Notes under the pieces: model-generated
Databases searched by the model: none
The model's input: only the letters and a program-made list of their open reading frames with translations
What the model was told of the DNA's origin: nothing
Assembly: GCF_009834535.1 (NCBI RefSeq)
Contig: NC_045697.1
Coordinates: forward strand, 3,164,001 to 3,228,000
Length of the DNA stretch: 64,000 nt
Reading direction: 5' to 3'
Origin: Camelus ferus
Taxonomy: Eukaryota
Position numbers and translations under genes: made by a program
Part shown: one piece after another, positions 12,060 to 25,452 of the stretch
Layout of the letters: each line of letters opens with the position of its first letter
Numbering within the stretch: the first letter of the stretch is position 1

Positions 12060-13224
12060 GTGAGTTAAAGTCTCACCCTCACAGAATCACTGGATGCCTG
12101 GGTCACTTTCGGTTCTAGGGGCAGGTGATAGAAGCCCAGTTCGGGGAGAAGGGAGGCCTCGTTTTGCCCAAGACACACTGACTGTGGTTTTGGGGCTGCT
12201 AGTAATAGCTAAGTGGGAGGCTGTAAATGCAGCCTTCCTTTCAGAGGCTGGTGTTTCTTTGAAAATTGCTGGAGCTGCATGTCCGTGGAAATCAAATTAA
12301 ATCGGATTTTTAAAAATCAGATGATTCAGCAGGCAAAACAATGATAGTGGAGACTTGCCCCTCTTTCTGGGTTAACTCTGAACTTGAATAACTTAGTGTG
12401 AAACTTTAACATTCATTGTTCATGCTGTTTCTGGGATTAAATATCCTTTCCCCCCCCTTTTTTTTTCCAGAAGAAAAATATATACATAGTCCAGGAATGT
12501 GTGTTTTATTTGATTTTCTGCATTCAACATTTGTTTTGGAGTTCTTTTGCTATTTTTGCAATCTGGTGATACTCACGTAAGCCATTTTTCATAGACCATT
12601 CAGCTTTTTCTGCCTTTTGCTGTTTTCTGATTTGCTTGCTCAAGGAAATTAGACTTTCATTCAAAATGAGAGCAAAATCAGCTACTTAGGAGCTCTCTAA
12701 TACTGGCTTTCTGTGTGCGTCATCCGCTTATCTCTGTACCAGGAGGAGAGCCGCCGGGGAGCAGGGCCACATCTCACTTGTTTCTGTCCTGCCGGGGCCC
12801 CGGTGTGTGGCTTGGGTCCAGTATGTACCCAGTCGTCATTTTAGAGGGGACAGAAGGAAACTGGCACTTCTCGGGTTCCTACCACCTATCACAGATCATG
12901 TTTGCTATTTTTCACTTATAATTTCATTTAACCCTCACAACTTGACCTCAAAGAACCCCTAAAATGCCTCTAAACATGTGAATAGTGTGTATATCCATTT
13001 TCCAGAAAAAGAAATGTGGGTTCAGTGAAGATACATTAGTGCTCAAGGTTGGATAGTAAGTGGGGAAGGCAAAAGGTGTAACCTATTCTTTTGATTTCAA
13101 GTCAGCCTTTTCTCAGTGATACTGTTTGGGGAGGCGTGTCGGCAAAGCCGATGCCACCGTGACTCACGGATCCGAGAAGACTTTGTTAGGAGCTATAAGC
13201 TGTCCCTGAGGCAGCAGGGTCCGG

Positions 13225-13450
13225 GGTGCAGACTGGGGAGCACGGCTGCCCACTTCCAGGTCCCAGCACTGCCACTTACTTGTACAATTTCAGACTGTCC
13301 CTTGAACTCTGTGCCCGAGAGGCCTCATTTCTAAAGCGAGTGTAATAATCGTACGTGCTTAGGGAGACTGTGTGAGGATTGAAAGAGCTGGTATCACCTC
13401 GAGTGCTTAGGGTGTGTGCCTCGCGTGCCGTGAGCCCCGCCAGTGCTGGC
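13225..13450 (+). mobile_element. MIR SINE
   Basis: cccagcactgccacttact..ccttgaactctgtgcc..cctcatttctaaa..gtgtgaggattgaa. Confidence 0.6.
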
Positions 13451-13659
13451 TGGTGCTTCTCAGACTTCCAGGGAGCTCGTTAAAACGAGCATTCGGACCT
13501 GCTAGGTCTGCACAGGGGCCTTAGACACTGCATTTCTAAGATCACTGTAGAAAGTTGGTTGAAAAAAAAAACCTAAAAAAAAAGTCATCTATATCCCTTC
13601 TTCCCAGGAAGTTGCTGTTCTCATTCAGGCATGTTTTCTTTGAGCCTCCAGGGCAGGGA

Positions 13660-13925
13660 CCACCAGCCTCAGGTGGCCACGGAGCACTTGCGGTGTGGCC
13701 GCCTCAAACTGAGATGTGCCGTACGCCTCAAGTACACACTGGATGCGGGGGCTTATGGGAAAGAGGATGTAGAGGATCTCAGGAAGTTTTACGTTGATAA
13801 CATGTGAATTATATTTTGGATATATTGAGTTAAAGAAAATGTGTTAGTAAAATCAACTTCATCAATTTCTGTGGCTACTAGAAAAATTTAAATTACATGT
13901 ATAGCCCACATTTGCATTTTCTTTA
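13660..13925. mobile_element. MER33-like hAT-Charlie MITE
   Basis: aactgagatgtgccgta..tacacactggat..tattttggatatattgagttaaa..gtggctactagaaaaatttaaattacat. Confidence 0.75.
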
Positions 13926-14998
13926 GTTTTAGACATTTTCTTTCCACTGTGGAGAGCATAAGATTTTTATGTACTGTTTTAATTTTTTTGGACTTTATAT
14001 ATTTTTCCTTCTTTATAAACTTCTTTTGAATTACTGTTTTCGTTGTTTTAATAAAAAAAATCATCGTGTTTGTTGTAGGAACTATGACTTGATTAGCTTT
14101 TTTTCATTATCTCATTTGATGTTTATAGATATAATACAGAATTACAGCCCAGAAGTCTATGTCAGTGGTATTAATCCTATTTACTGATATATTGTATATC
14201 TACAAGATAAAGAACTAGATGAGAAATCAGTAGTTCATGAATGTCCTGGTTTTTATGTTCTGGTTTACTTTCATTTTTCTTTCTAAACCAACTTTGTGAT
14301 ACGCCTTACTATGCCGTGCCTTGTACCTCACCACCTCATTTCAGGTCGGGAAAGGCGTTCCAAGATTGAAGGTGAGATGCAGATGAGATGCAGACATCTA
14401 GAGGCAGTCAGAGGGTGGGGGTGGTCATATGAATGTCGTGCCTCCAATTTAATGCTGCACAGAGTGCCAGCCATCTGGCCTGGACTAAAATACGTGTCCC
14501 CGACGTGCCGGGCCAGGTGGAGTGGATATCGGCCTCAGTGCCATTTCAGACAAAGAATACTTTGGGATGGTCAATGCTTTGTACTATATTTGACCACTGA
14601 ATAGTCAATCCATTTCTTTGGACTTTTCCTCAGATGCGGTTTCTTCCTCGTTCCCTCCCTTCTCTCCCTCTTCTGCCTGTGCCTTCCACTCTCCCCACTC
14701 GTGCCCTGCCCCGTCTCTGGCTGCAGGGCGGCAGTCTGCCGTGCTGTCAGGTGGACGAGCGGCCCTCCCGCTGAGGGAGTCACAGCTGACGGCTGGTTCG
14801 TGAGAATTGCTGGTTTAGGTGGGGAGTTCTAAAGAGATGTGCATGTGCTTTAGGTATGTTGAGTTTAAACAAATCATTTTTGAGTAGGAGTTTGACTAAT
14901 GGGTAATTTCTCCCTACTGGTGCCTAAACATGGATGTCAGGAGGGTCTTCCCTAAGCCTCCAAGCCACGCTGTTCCTTGGGGTAGATTACTGAGGTCT

Positions 14999-15200
14999 CT
15001 TTAATCGACGTATGGTTGGCTTACAACGTTGTGTTAGTTTCAGGTGTGCAGAAAAGTGACTCAGTTATACACACACACACACATTCTTTTTCATATTCTT
15101 TTCCATTATAGGTTATTACAAGATGTTGAATGTAGTTCCCTGTGCTCCACAGTAGGACCTTGTTTATCTGTTTTATATATAGTAGCATGTATCTCTTAGC
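14999..15200 (-). mobile_element. L1 3' end (cetartiodactyl-type)
   Basis: tacaacgttgtgttagtttcaggtgt..ttccattataggttattacaagat..gttccctgtgct; same family as 44385-44975. Confidence 0.8.
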
Positions 15201-16949
15201 AGGTGTGCAGACTCGGCCGGTGGCACTCTTTTCGGCCCCATGGAGAGGAGCCCCTTGACCACAAACGTTTAGCGTTTTGGACGCCAGTCAGGGCATTTTA
15301 CAGATGGGAAGGACATCCATCAGTTCAGTGAGTCAGTGAAGGTGGATTGAAGACAGTCCACTGTGCTTTCTTAGTTTTTCAGTGAGTTCGTTATTCAGCA
15401 AGGAGGCCTGTCATTCAGTACCTTGTCTGCCTTTGGTGAGTGGGCCTTTGTCCAGGTGGTCATTTGCTGTTGGCATGTTGACCTTCAGGAGAATTAGCTA
15501 ATAGCGGAGTGAGGATGGGGAGGGTCAGAGGCTGTGCCTGGTGGAGGGCGCACCACAAGTGAAGGCACAGGCCTGAGAAAGACCCGATGGAGTGGAGGAG
15601 AGCAGTGCCCTCCGGGTGGCTGGTCATGTGCAATGGGTGGGTGGGTCAGTCTGCAGGTGAGGCTGGGACACCCTGCGGGGGTTAAACCACAAGGGGCCTG
15701 TGGGCCCTCAGAGCAGTTCGGGATGATCATCAGGGCAGTTCTGAGGGGAAGAGGATTTGTTTTTGGTGTAAGAGGTAGGGTACTCCAACCAGGTATTATT
15801 TCTCATAAATGTGAACCACCATTGCAGTTTTAACTCTTTTATTAACGGCACGTATTGAGTGAATACTCCGTTTATCACAGCTGGGTGTGTCGGCATCTCA
15901 GAAGTGACTGCTCTTCCACCTTTTTATCCCTTTTAGGGCTGAGCAGTGCTTCGTACAGTTATTATTAACCATCCCTTGACATCCTCTTTTTTCTGGTGTG
16001 TCTCTAAAGTTATGCATCTGGTGTAACTGAAGCTTTATACCTGTCGGTCGGCAGTGCCTCATTTTGACAATCTCTTAAACTAAACATTGACCTTTTGAAG
16101 GTGGCGTCTGTTCCTCTGCTTGTTTGCTCTTCACGCTGCATCACAGAAAGTGCCGACGACCGCGCGCCAAGTCAGTCTTGTAATATGGAAGGTGCTTCTG
16201 TACGCGAAGGGGGTAGTGAACGTTCCTGTTTTGCCCTTGGAGTCCAGGCGGCGGCGGCCCAGGGTCCGGGTGCACGCTGCGCAGAATCCAACACTTCCCT
16301 TCACCTCCGAAAGCGCCGGGTGGCATGCGGCACGGTCACAGCCCGTCAGTGCCCTCGCTTTCCGGGGAGACTGGAGTGGGCCCAAACATGCGTGTGCATA
16401 ATGAAAGCATTTCTGGGAAGGACTGTGCTTTCCGGCAGATTTCTGTTTCTGTCTCATAGGAGAGCTGTGCGGCTCTCAGAGGGATGGCGCTTGGTATGCG
16501 GCAAGTGCTGAGAGAGCATTTGCAGAGGCGGCTGGTTCATCCGGAAATGGGTCCCATCTGTGTTGACGTTGGCCGCCCCGCCGCCCCCCGCCCCCCGCCC
16601 CAGCAGCCGCCTCACCAGCCGGGTCTGATGGAGACAGTCGGTGACTGTGCTGCTGTTCCTCCCCTCCTCCGCTTCAGAGCTACCATGAGTCTAGGCTAGG
16701 GAGCTCTCGGGTCTTCCTGGCCAAGAGAAAAGAGCCAGGTATAGACTCCTTTGTGGGCTCTATACCATTTGCATGATACGCAATCAAGGCCCTTTCTAGA
16801 AATATTTTTATTTGGTCATTTATACGGCGGGGGGTCCCATCATGTCTAGATGGGGTAGAGGACAGCAGTCTCAGTCTCTGAGACTTTAAGGCCAGACCTT
16901 ATGTAAATGTGATGCCTTATTATGCCAACAGACAACAGCAAGGTTGGTT

Positions 16950-17170
16950 TTTATCCTGGTAAAATATACGTAACATAACCTTTACATTTTAACCATTTTT
17001 AAGTTTCCACTTTAGTGGCATAAAGTACATGCACAGTGTGTGTGACCATCGCCACGATCCATCTCCAGAACTTGTCATCTTTCCAGACTGAAACTCTGCC
17101 CCCAGTAAACAGCAACTCCACCCCAGTCCCCAGCCCTGGGAACCACCATGTCACTTCCTGTCTCTATGAA
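16950..17170 (-). mobile_element. L1MB-like 3' end
   Basis: ggtaaaatatacgtaacata..tttaaccatttttaag..catctccagaact..ctgaaactctg. Confidence 0.75.
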
Positions 17171-19618
17171 ACAGTGACGTTTTGGTCCCAGCCCTTTCCA
17201 CCTTGCCCGCTGATCACATTTTATCCTTCCTAAAGTGCTTTCACAGCCACTTCATTGTCTCTGTTTGACAGATGGGATTATGAGATTCTTTGAGATTACG
17301 GGACAAAATTAGGTATTTTACGAGTTGCAGAGTCGAGACTAAAGCCCAGTGATTTCAACAACAGAACCACTTACTTACCAGTGAGATCTGATGTGATTCT
17401 TTCAGTGGACGTGAACCATCTTGTTCCTTTTTTCCTTGTCTTTGGAAAATCTTGGAGCTTAGTGTCATGGGTCACTCCTGTGGTAGCTTTATATGGAATT
17501 TTTTCCGTGTCCTGTTGACCCTGCTGTCGGCCTGTTTTGCCTCTCCTGTGGAAGCCCACCTCCTGGTAGAGAAGGAAGAGAAGAGGCCACGGCCCCGCGG
17601 ACCCTCATTCTTGGTTGTGTATAAATAAAACTTGAGAAAACTTTAGAAAATATGTGTGAATAATTTCCCAGTGTTTACTCAAGTGCTGTGTGGAATGCAA
17701 ATTAAATAGTGATCAGAATGGAATGGGGTGCCATTTGGACAAAACCTTTTATTTTGCCAAGAAGAGCACCTGCTCAAAACCCTTGATGTTGGGACTGAAA
17801 CCATTTGTGCAGTTGAGACTATCAACGTTTTTGTTTTGCTGAAAATTCCTTCATTCCAGCCCTCAGTCCCCTCAGCAGCGCGGGCACCTTCCTAAGGGCT
17901 AGCCCGCAGCACCGAGAGTTTAGAGTACACTGTGGAGTGCTGCTCCCAGCTTCCTGTCAGTGGAAGAGGGTTTGCTGATACATGGCAGAACAGGACACGA
18001 ACCCTCACTGCCTTAAGTCAGATCATATCATTTTTGGCTGCTACTCTTAACAGATTTGAATCACTGTAACTAGAAAGGCAGGACCTGGATGTGCCATGGT
18101 GTATAGATAATTAAAGTCAGAAAGTGATTCCACTTTCTTAGCTGGTATTTTTCTCTGCTGAAATCAGGTCTCATAGTTTATTGGTGTTTCTAGTGCAAAA
18201 GACCGAGTGATAAATTGGGGCCGGAGGAGCGGAAGCCGGCCTGTGAAAGGGCGTGTGAAGGGGCCGGAGGGATTTCATCTCGGAACAGGGATTGGGGGGC
18301 AGGGAAACAACTGCCTTCAAGTGTGTGAAGGGACATTGTGCAGATGCTCTTGTGTAAACCGTCTTTCTCATCGGGCGAGAGGAAGGAGTGGGTTGAATGC
18401 ACAGCGGTGACGAGTCATTCACAAAAGACTTCTTGGATTCAGGCTTGAGTTACGTGAAACGTGGTGGTTTCACATTCTGTGATTTCTTGGGAGCAGTGTT
18501 CCGCTTGGAAACTGAACTCAGTGGATCTTCAGTTTGAGGCCTCTGTGCACTAGTTCCGAGAGAGGAAGAGAGTGAGAAGAGGGAACATGGATATGAAAGA
18601 GGTCTGTAATGGGCAGACCTGGTGCTTGAAAACCCCAGCTGTTGACGAGCGCCTGGTGTTGAGCAGGCTGTTTTAGACGCTGAGCCTCACCGTCTGTGTC
18701 TGTAAAACATAAGGTGATGGAACAGCCACCTGAAGGACCCCCGAGGGACTGACTGATGTAGCTTGTAACCAGTGCAGAGGCTGCTTAGGACAGAGCCAGG
18801 CAGGTGTCGGTTTTCCTGCCCCTCAGCTGTTTCTGTTGGCATGAGGACCAGTGAGTGATGTCGCCAGCAGACCTGTGAGTGTCCTTGGGAAGAAGAGGTG
18901 GGTCTGCCCTAAGTCATCAGGAGCGTTTGAGAGTGCAGTGCTTCAGCGGGGTGGGCTAGAGTTTGGATGGTCCTGAGCTGCGGCTCCAACGTGTTCTGAG
19001 GTCACGGCTTCAAAGCCAGCTGCCTCGTCTCAGAGCTCGGCAAGGAATTGTGACAGGATCGCACTGAGTAACGAGCAGATTCCTTCTCCGGAGAGTCATT
19101 TCCAGTCTCTTTAAGAGGTTGGCTCATAGGTGACTTCTTTTTCTCTCTTTTTTAAAAAGTTTCCCTGGCACACAGGAGGGGGTTGCTGAGACTGTGGGCA
19201 AACACGCTCGTGTATTCAGTCCCTGTGGAACTAGAGCTCCCTCTGTGATGAGCGCGGGCAGATCTGAGCCGGCCTGCGCCCGGAGGTCCCCACTGCAGGG
19301 GTGTGGGCCTGGGAGAAGGCCGGCTTGGAGATGCGGGAGGTCAGGGTGTGGGCGCGGGGTCTGCGAGGGCGAGCGTGCCGCCGCCCCTGCCTGGGGCTCG
19401 CGGGAGATGCCAACCGCCAGTGCGTGGCAAGGACCGAGTGGCGAGTGGCCGGGCCGGGCTGAGGGTCGGGGGCCGCGGCGGGCAGCAGGGATCCAGCCGG
19501 GACCTGAGCTTCGGAACCTCTTCGTAGGATGATATTCTTTCTCGCCAGAGACTTTACAAAGGAAAGAGGAGGCTGCCAGTTGACATCTGTGGGGTGAAAA
19601 TACGGAATTTTCTTCTAA

Positions 19619-19840
<222 letters not shown>

Positions 19841-21611
19841 TGAAGGGAATAGGGCCATTACACAACACCATGGAAATGGGGAGGTCAGGAAGTTCTGAAC
19901 CTGAAGAGGGAAATACTTTGAAACATCTAAGGTGTCTTCCAAGTACCTTTGGTGATTCAGATTGTTGTCTTTCTTGTGACTCACAATTAGTGAAATCTCG
20001 TTGCTATGGGAACACATATCAGCCAGTGAAATGTGTTCCCTTTGGCCAAAAAGGAATGAGTTTTTGAGGTATGTTTTCATTGGGTCCTCTGCGCCGACTG
20101 GGCACGTCCCCCCAGGCTGCGTCATGGTGCCACAATGCGGATATGTGTCTGCAAGTAAGTACGTGTGGGCGTCTCGGGCAGAGCCCTTCGGCCCTTCCTC
20201 CCTTCCGTTCTCCGCCCTTCCTCCTTTCTCTCTCTCTCTCTCTCTCCCTTCCTTTCCTTCCCTTCCCTCTAAGTTAGAGCGACTCTCAGAAGCGACCCTT
20301 TGTGGGCAGCGGGCTTTCATGCTCATGCACAGAAGGACGCGCTGACGTTGAACACCTTTCTATAACTGTCTCTGGATCTGCCTTTAGACCTTGGGCTTTG
20401 CTTCCCCCCCGAGGTCTGGCAGGCAGCGCGCTCGTCTCACGTTGGGTGGCAGTTGTGTTGGCTGAGGTAGGCCCACTTGCTCTCCTGGTGAAAGATGAGT
20501 AACGTGGGGGTGAAGGTGTGCTCTGCTGTCCGGGGACAGGCTTCCCGTGCGTTCACGTTTCCCAGCCCCCCATCCCGCTTCCTCCGTCGTTTACAGAGCC
20601 GCCCTCCTTCACGTTCAGGTCTTAACATCACCTGAAGTCTCTGCTTCACACAGACTTGGACTTTTCTGATCTTTCTCTCTGCTGCCAGTAAACAGGCAGA
20701 GCCATTTCAGCAAAGCGGAATCTAACTCAGTTGTTACAGGAAATTCCCCGCCCCGGGATGTTTTCTGGACCTGAAGACAGACAGACAGAAGCCAGGGAGC
20801 TGGACCGTAGGCCCTGGCAATCCAGGGCCTTCCTGGCACATTCCTGCCCATTTTCTGAATTTTCTCCGGAACAGTCCAATGCAGACTCAGCCGGATATCC
20901 ATAGGTATTTGTGCTCTGAATGAGAGAAAGGACAGGTCTGATGAGAAGATTATGAAATAACTGAGTTTTGAGATCTGTATGTTAACTATTTTCTTTTCAT
21001 TCATTTTAGAACTATTTGGGGGAAGTGCATTCAGGTGATTTCTAAGTATCCACTATTTCAGAAGATAATAAATGAATTAGAAAACACAAAAAATTAAATG
21101 GTTTGATATAATTCAAAACTTCATTGGGTTCCTTTCTTTCTGTTAACAATGAATAAAGAAAAAAAATTTCTGAGGCTGTTTCCCAGCGTACGGAACCTTT
21201 GGTTCCGGCCTTCCCCTCCTTCCTTCCCCTCCCCCAACACACTTTCAAGGCTAGAAACTGATAGTAGTTGTGTTTGACTTTGGGGGGGCCTTTCGCTCTT
21301 TTCAGTTGGCAGAGCCCCACATAGCATGTGTGTCATGTCTTGTTCTCCAGAGAAGCCCTTCCTCAGCTGCTGACAGGCAGGAACCTTTGGTTGAACTCAT
21401 TCCAGAAGGAGTAATCAGGGACTTGTGCTGGGAGACAGCGAGTCTGCAGTTGGGGCGCTTCCATCAAATGTCTGTGGTTGGACCTCCACTGTGGGTGAGG
21501 ACCGCTCCCCGGGAGGAACGGTGGTGCCCAGCTGAGTCCCAGCGCAGGCCAGGGTCACCCGCCTTCACTTACTGGTTGGCTTTGGGGCAGCTCTGTTGAG
21601 CCCCAGGTCAG

Positions 21612-23010
21612 GTGCAGTTTATCAGAGAAGCAGAACCATCACGAGTGTCATGGGTAACGAATGAGACCTGATGTGGTTGTGGGAACCAGCGAAACGCCTG
21701 TGGAGTTGGCTGGCCATCCACAAGGGAAGCTGGGGGAGGACTAGGGGAGAGGAAGGATGATGGGAGCCCACCTGTCTCTCACTTCCTGACACGGGGGCCC
21801 AGAAGGAGAGGCTGGACAGCCTCCACAGAGCCGCACGCACCTGGCCGGGCCCTGGAGGCGGAGCTGCGAGGAGAGCCCATGGACCAGTGGCGGCTGAGCA
21901 AGCAGTGGTGCCTGGCATCCTCGCCCACCTGCAGTGGGTCCCAGCAGCTGATGGCCAGTCCTGACCCAGAGCCATCCGGGAACGGGAATTTGAGGGAAAG
22001 TGTTCCAGCCTGGCTAGGTGGGCAGCATAAAGGCACCACCACTGACGTCGTGTCCACGGGCATCCATACACACCTCTCTACCCACGCTGAACTTCCACAT
22101 AAGACCACTTGTTTGCCTGTTGTCTCCACTTCCAGGTCAGTGTGTGTTTGGAGGAAACATTTGTCCTTAGAAAGTAAGATTCCATGTACAAGTGGTCCAG
22201 CGATGACCTGTTAGTAAGTGGCTGGCTGATGCCACAGGGGACAGCATCGTGTGCAGGTGGGACACTCAGAGGTGCCAGGGATCTGGTTAACCTTCCTGAG
22301 TGGAACCCCATGTGCTGAGTTCCAGGCATAACCTCCATCCCTGCCACTGTGCAACTTGTTTGTGAGTTCACTCAGACCAGAATTCTGGCCAAAGAGGCTG
22401 ACGGATGTCTGCATAATGGGCCATGCTGTTACCTTGTTGTGAAGATGGTCTTCTGCTGAGGTCGTCTCTGCCACGTATTCACCTGATACACAGATCCTCC
22501 CACTCTGAGCCCACTTGTGGAGGTCCATTCTCAGCCTCTTCTGCAGATTCCTTGCTACCAGTTCTTCTCAAGTCTTGACCGTCCGAGCAAACCACTGGGC
22601 CATACTCATGAGTCGGTGTTGAGAGGAGGAGGCAGCGTGGATGGAATAGGGGCCACGGGCCTCCAAGCTACTTGCTTGTGCTCCTTTCTTACTTCTGCTG
22701 GGCCTGATGGAGCCTGAGGGAGATGCAGACTGATGTGATGGCCGAGTGCCCCTTGGTAGGTTCGATGACCCGGAGTCCACGTTGGGCAGCTCAGACCAAG
22801 CGTTTAGGGCGTCAGTGAGCCAAGAGCCATTTCTCAGAAATAATAGTTCTCATCAGAGGTTGACGTAGCTGTGCCCCAAAATCCTAAGGGTCTGCTCTGA
22901 GCAGCCTCTATAAGAGCTGGCTGAAGGCTTCCATTACTAATTTCTATAACAGGCTTTGATCAGACAAGCAGAGCCACCATGAGGTCAAACAGACGATTTA
23001 CTTTGACGAT
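21612..23010 (-). mobile_element. Internally deleted ERV-L provirus remnant: pol fragments (about 22180-22990) plus 3' LTR (about 21612-22041)
   Basis: Minus-strand peptides RPLGFW (22893-22876), MDLHKWAQ..SAED..HSGRDGGYAW..HGVPL..ECPTC..QPAT match ERV-L pol; LTR starts tggtggtgcctttatgc..gccaggctggaacactttcc. Confidence 0.8.
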
Positions 23011-24527
23011 TAGACCTCACAGAGTTATGCTGAGCTGTTGAAGGAGTCCAAGTCGGAAGGCCACTGGCCCGAGCATCCGGTTGGAAGCGCAGTCTGGAAG
23101 GAGAGCTGGACTTGGAGTGGAGGAGACATGGATGCGCTGAGCTCCGCAGGACCTGCTGCAGCCCGTCTGTCCCCGACCCCCTCCTGACTGCGGCACAGGT
23201 GCCTGGCAGAGGAGCTGGTGCCTTGGCGATGGAGTTGTGTGCGCCCCTGTCCAGGATCTGGGCTGCCAGAGGTCGGGATCTCCGAGTCCCATCACCGCCC
23301 GAGGCAAACAGGGCTGCCCGACAGGTCCACAGTGCCTGGGGCCTCCTCTGACCTTCCGGGTAGACTTCCCCCCTCCCCCATCGCTCACGGACTTCTCTGT
23401 GGCTGCTCCGACCCAGAGCGCGCAGGGAGGGGATTTTGGGGGGTGTGCGCCATCACTGCAGACCTTGCAGAGGTTTGGGGCTCAGATTTATATTTCATTT
23501 TATTTTCCATTATCTCTTTTCCCTCTCACCTTCTCTCTGCTCTCCCTCCTCAAGGGCGGCTGGTTGAAATGCCATTTCTGGTTTCATGGGGTATGAGTAT
23601 ATGTCTAAAAATTACATTTTATAGTTAAAAATAATAGAGTATGAGTGTGTTCTTTAGGTCCATTGAACTGCGCTGCGATAGCAGTTTCTGCCCAAGAAAA
23701 GCACTTCCTCGCCAGCACCGTCACGTAAACGTGAAGACCTGCACAGCCCTCTTGCTGGCTCTTGGGTCTGCCTCCTCGTCGGCACGGAGTGCAGACGTCG
23801 ACGGGGACGCCAGGACATGCCGGGGCTGATGGTTTCTAGCTAACGCCCTCCTGACTCTGCCCCCAGATGAAACCCTCCACCATCTCTGAGAACACCTGCT
23901 CCTCCCACTGCCGTGTCTGCAGGCTGCCGCCGCCGCCGCTCTGCTCTCCCCATGTGCTGCGTCTTTCTTAATTTTTCACAGAGCCCTCATTACCTCCTAA
24001 CATCACCCAAATCCCAGCCCCAGACGGTGAACTCTTTGATGTCCTGCCACAGCCCCGGGAAGCCCCTGAGCTCTGCTGAGTAACCCCCAGAGAGACTTGC
24101 CAGGGAGCCGGTTGTCCTGGAGGCTCAGAGTTACTCCCGAAGGCTCGGTTTCCTGCTAAGTCAACCGATGTTCTTCTAAAAATAAGTCTGTCAGTCCTGT
24201 TCTCCCAGAAGAAGGTGGGACATGAACCTACTGTCTGTTTCAGCCGTGGACCTCAATCCATTCCCCTGAGGAAAAGGGCAGCTGGGGCCCAGTCTACTTT
24301 TTTCGGTTTAAAATCAGGGTTCGGCTTTGTCGTTCACCAGGATGTGGTCTCGGGTGAGTCGCCTGGTCTCTCAGCATCGTTCTTCGTCTCCTCCGAGATG
24401 AAGACACTGCCTGCGCCCCGCTCTGGGTGGCTGCAGAGCCGGCGGGTCAGTGTGTGTGAGCGCACAGCGGGCCTCCTCTTTTCCCGGCTTCACCCCCGGA
24501 TCCAGGCGCACAGAGATCAGTATAAAA

Positions 24528-24580
24528 ATACTGCCTGGCACGTTGAAAGTGCTCAGTAAACATTTGTTGAATGAATGAAA
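24528..24580 (+). mobile_element. L2 3' end
   Basis: tgcctggcac..gtgctcagtaaacatttgttgaatgaatgaa. Confidence 0.75.
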
Positions 24581-24869
24581 TCAAATTTCCCTGCTTATAA
24601 CTAATTTGTTCATTAGTTCTTCTATTTGTTCATTAAATGTTTCCTGAGTTTGATATCCTAGAAAATGAGCTGAGCACTGAGGGGTTCGTGGTCCCCCAAG
24701 CTACTGTGAACTTAATCTTTCCAAGAGAAAGCAGGACTTTGTCTGGAATCTCTCAGCGTGCCTCGGACCTCGGGCAGCGCGGGGTCTCTCACTTCCATGC
24801 CTTCTTCCCCGTACGCTGCGCTCTAGCCACGCTGGACTCTGAAAAAGACCTTTCATTATAATATATACT

Positions 24870-25030
24870 TCACAAAAAGCACATAAAGTATGAATGTACA
24901 CTTAACGACTTACCATAAAGTGAAACGTGTGGAACCACCACCAGGTCCAGAACAGAATGTTGCCAGCCCTGGAAGCCCCCCCAGCCCCTCGCCCACCGCA
25001 CCCTCTCCCCACAAAGGTAGCTCCTAAGTT
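24870..25030 (-). mobile_element. L1ME-like 3' fragment
   Basis: cataagt..aatgtaca..aaagtgaaac..gtggaaccaccaccaggtccagaacagaatgttgccagc. Confidence 0.55.
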
Positions 25031-25289
25031 GGTCTCTGTGGCGATGACATAAATACGACTGAGAGGTGGCAGGCTCCACACTCTTTGTAAAATGCTTGAT
25101 GTCTTTGGTGCTTTTACAAATTGTGTTCCTTCTTCTAGGCTCTTCTGTCTGGTTGGCAGTGGAGGTCAGTGGTTTTCTCTGATCCTCTCCGTGTCCCACA
25201 TGTGCCACTCCCCTCAGCCCGTCTCTCCCACAGCATCTGTGTCTCCACACTGCGCATGTCTCAGTCGCCTCCAGCACCGCCCAGTAGGC

Positions 25290-25452
25290 CTCCCGCGATG
25301 ATGGAAATGCTCCCCTCCGTGCTGGCCAGTATGGCGGCCCCTTAGCCACCAGTGACTTGGAATACCTGAAGCGTGCTTGGTGCAGCTGAGGGACTGAATA
25401 CTAATCTTAGTTAAGTGTAATTGGAATTTGAATTTAGATGGCCACCATGTTA
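25290..25452. mobile_element. MER3-like hAT-Charlie MITE
   Basis: gatgatggaaatgctc..gtgctggccagtatggcggcc..tagccac..ctgagggactgaat. Confidence 0.6.
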
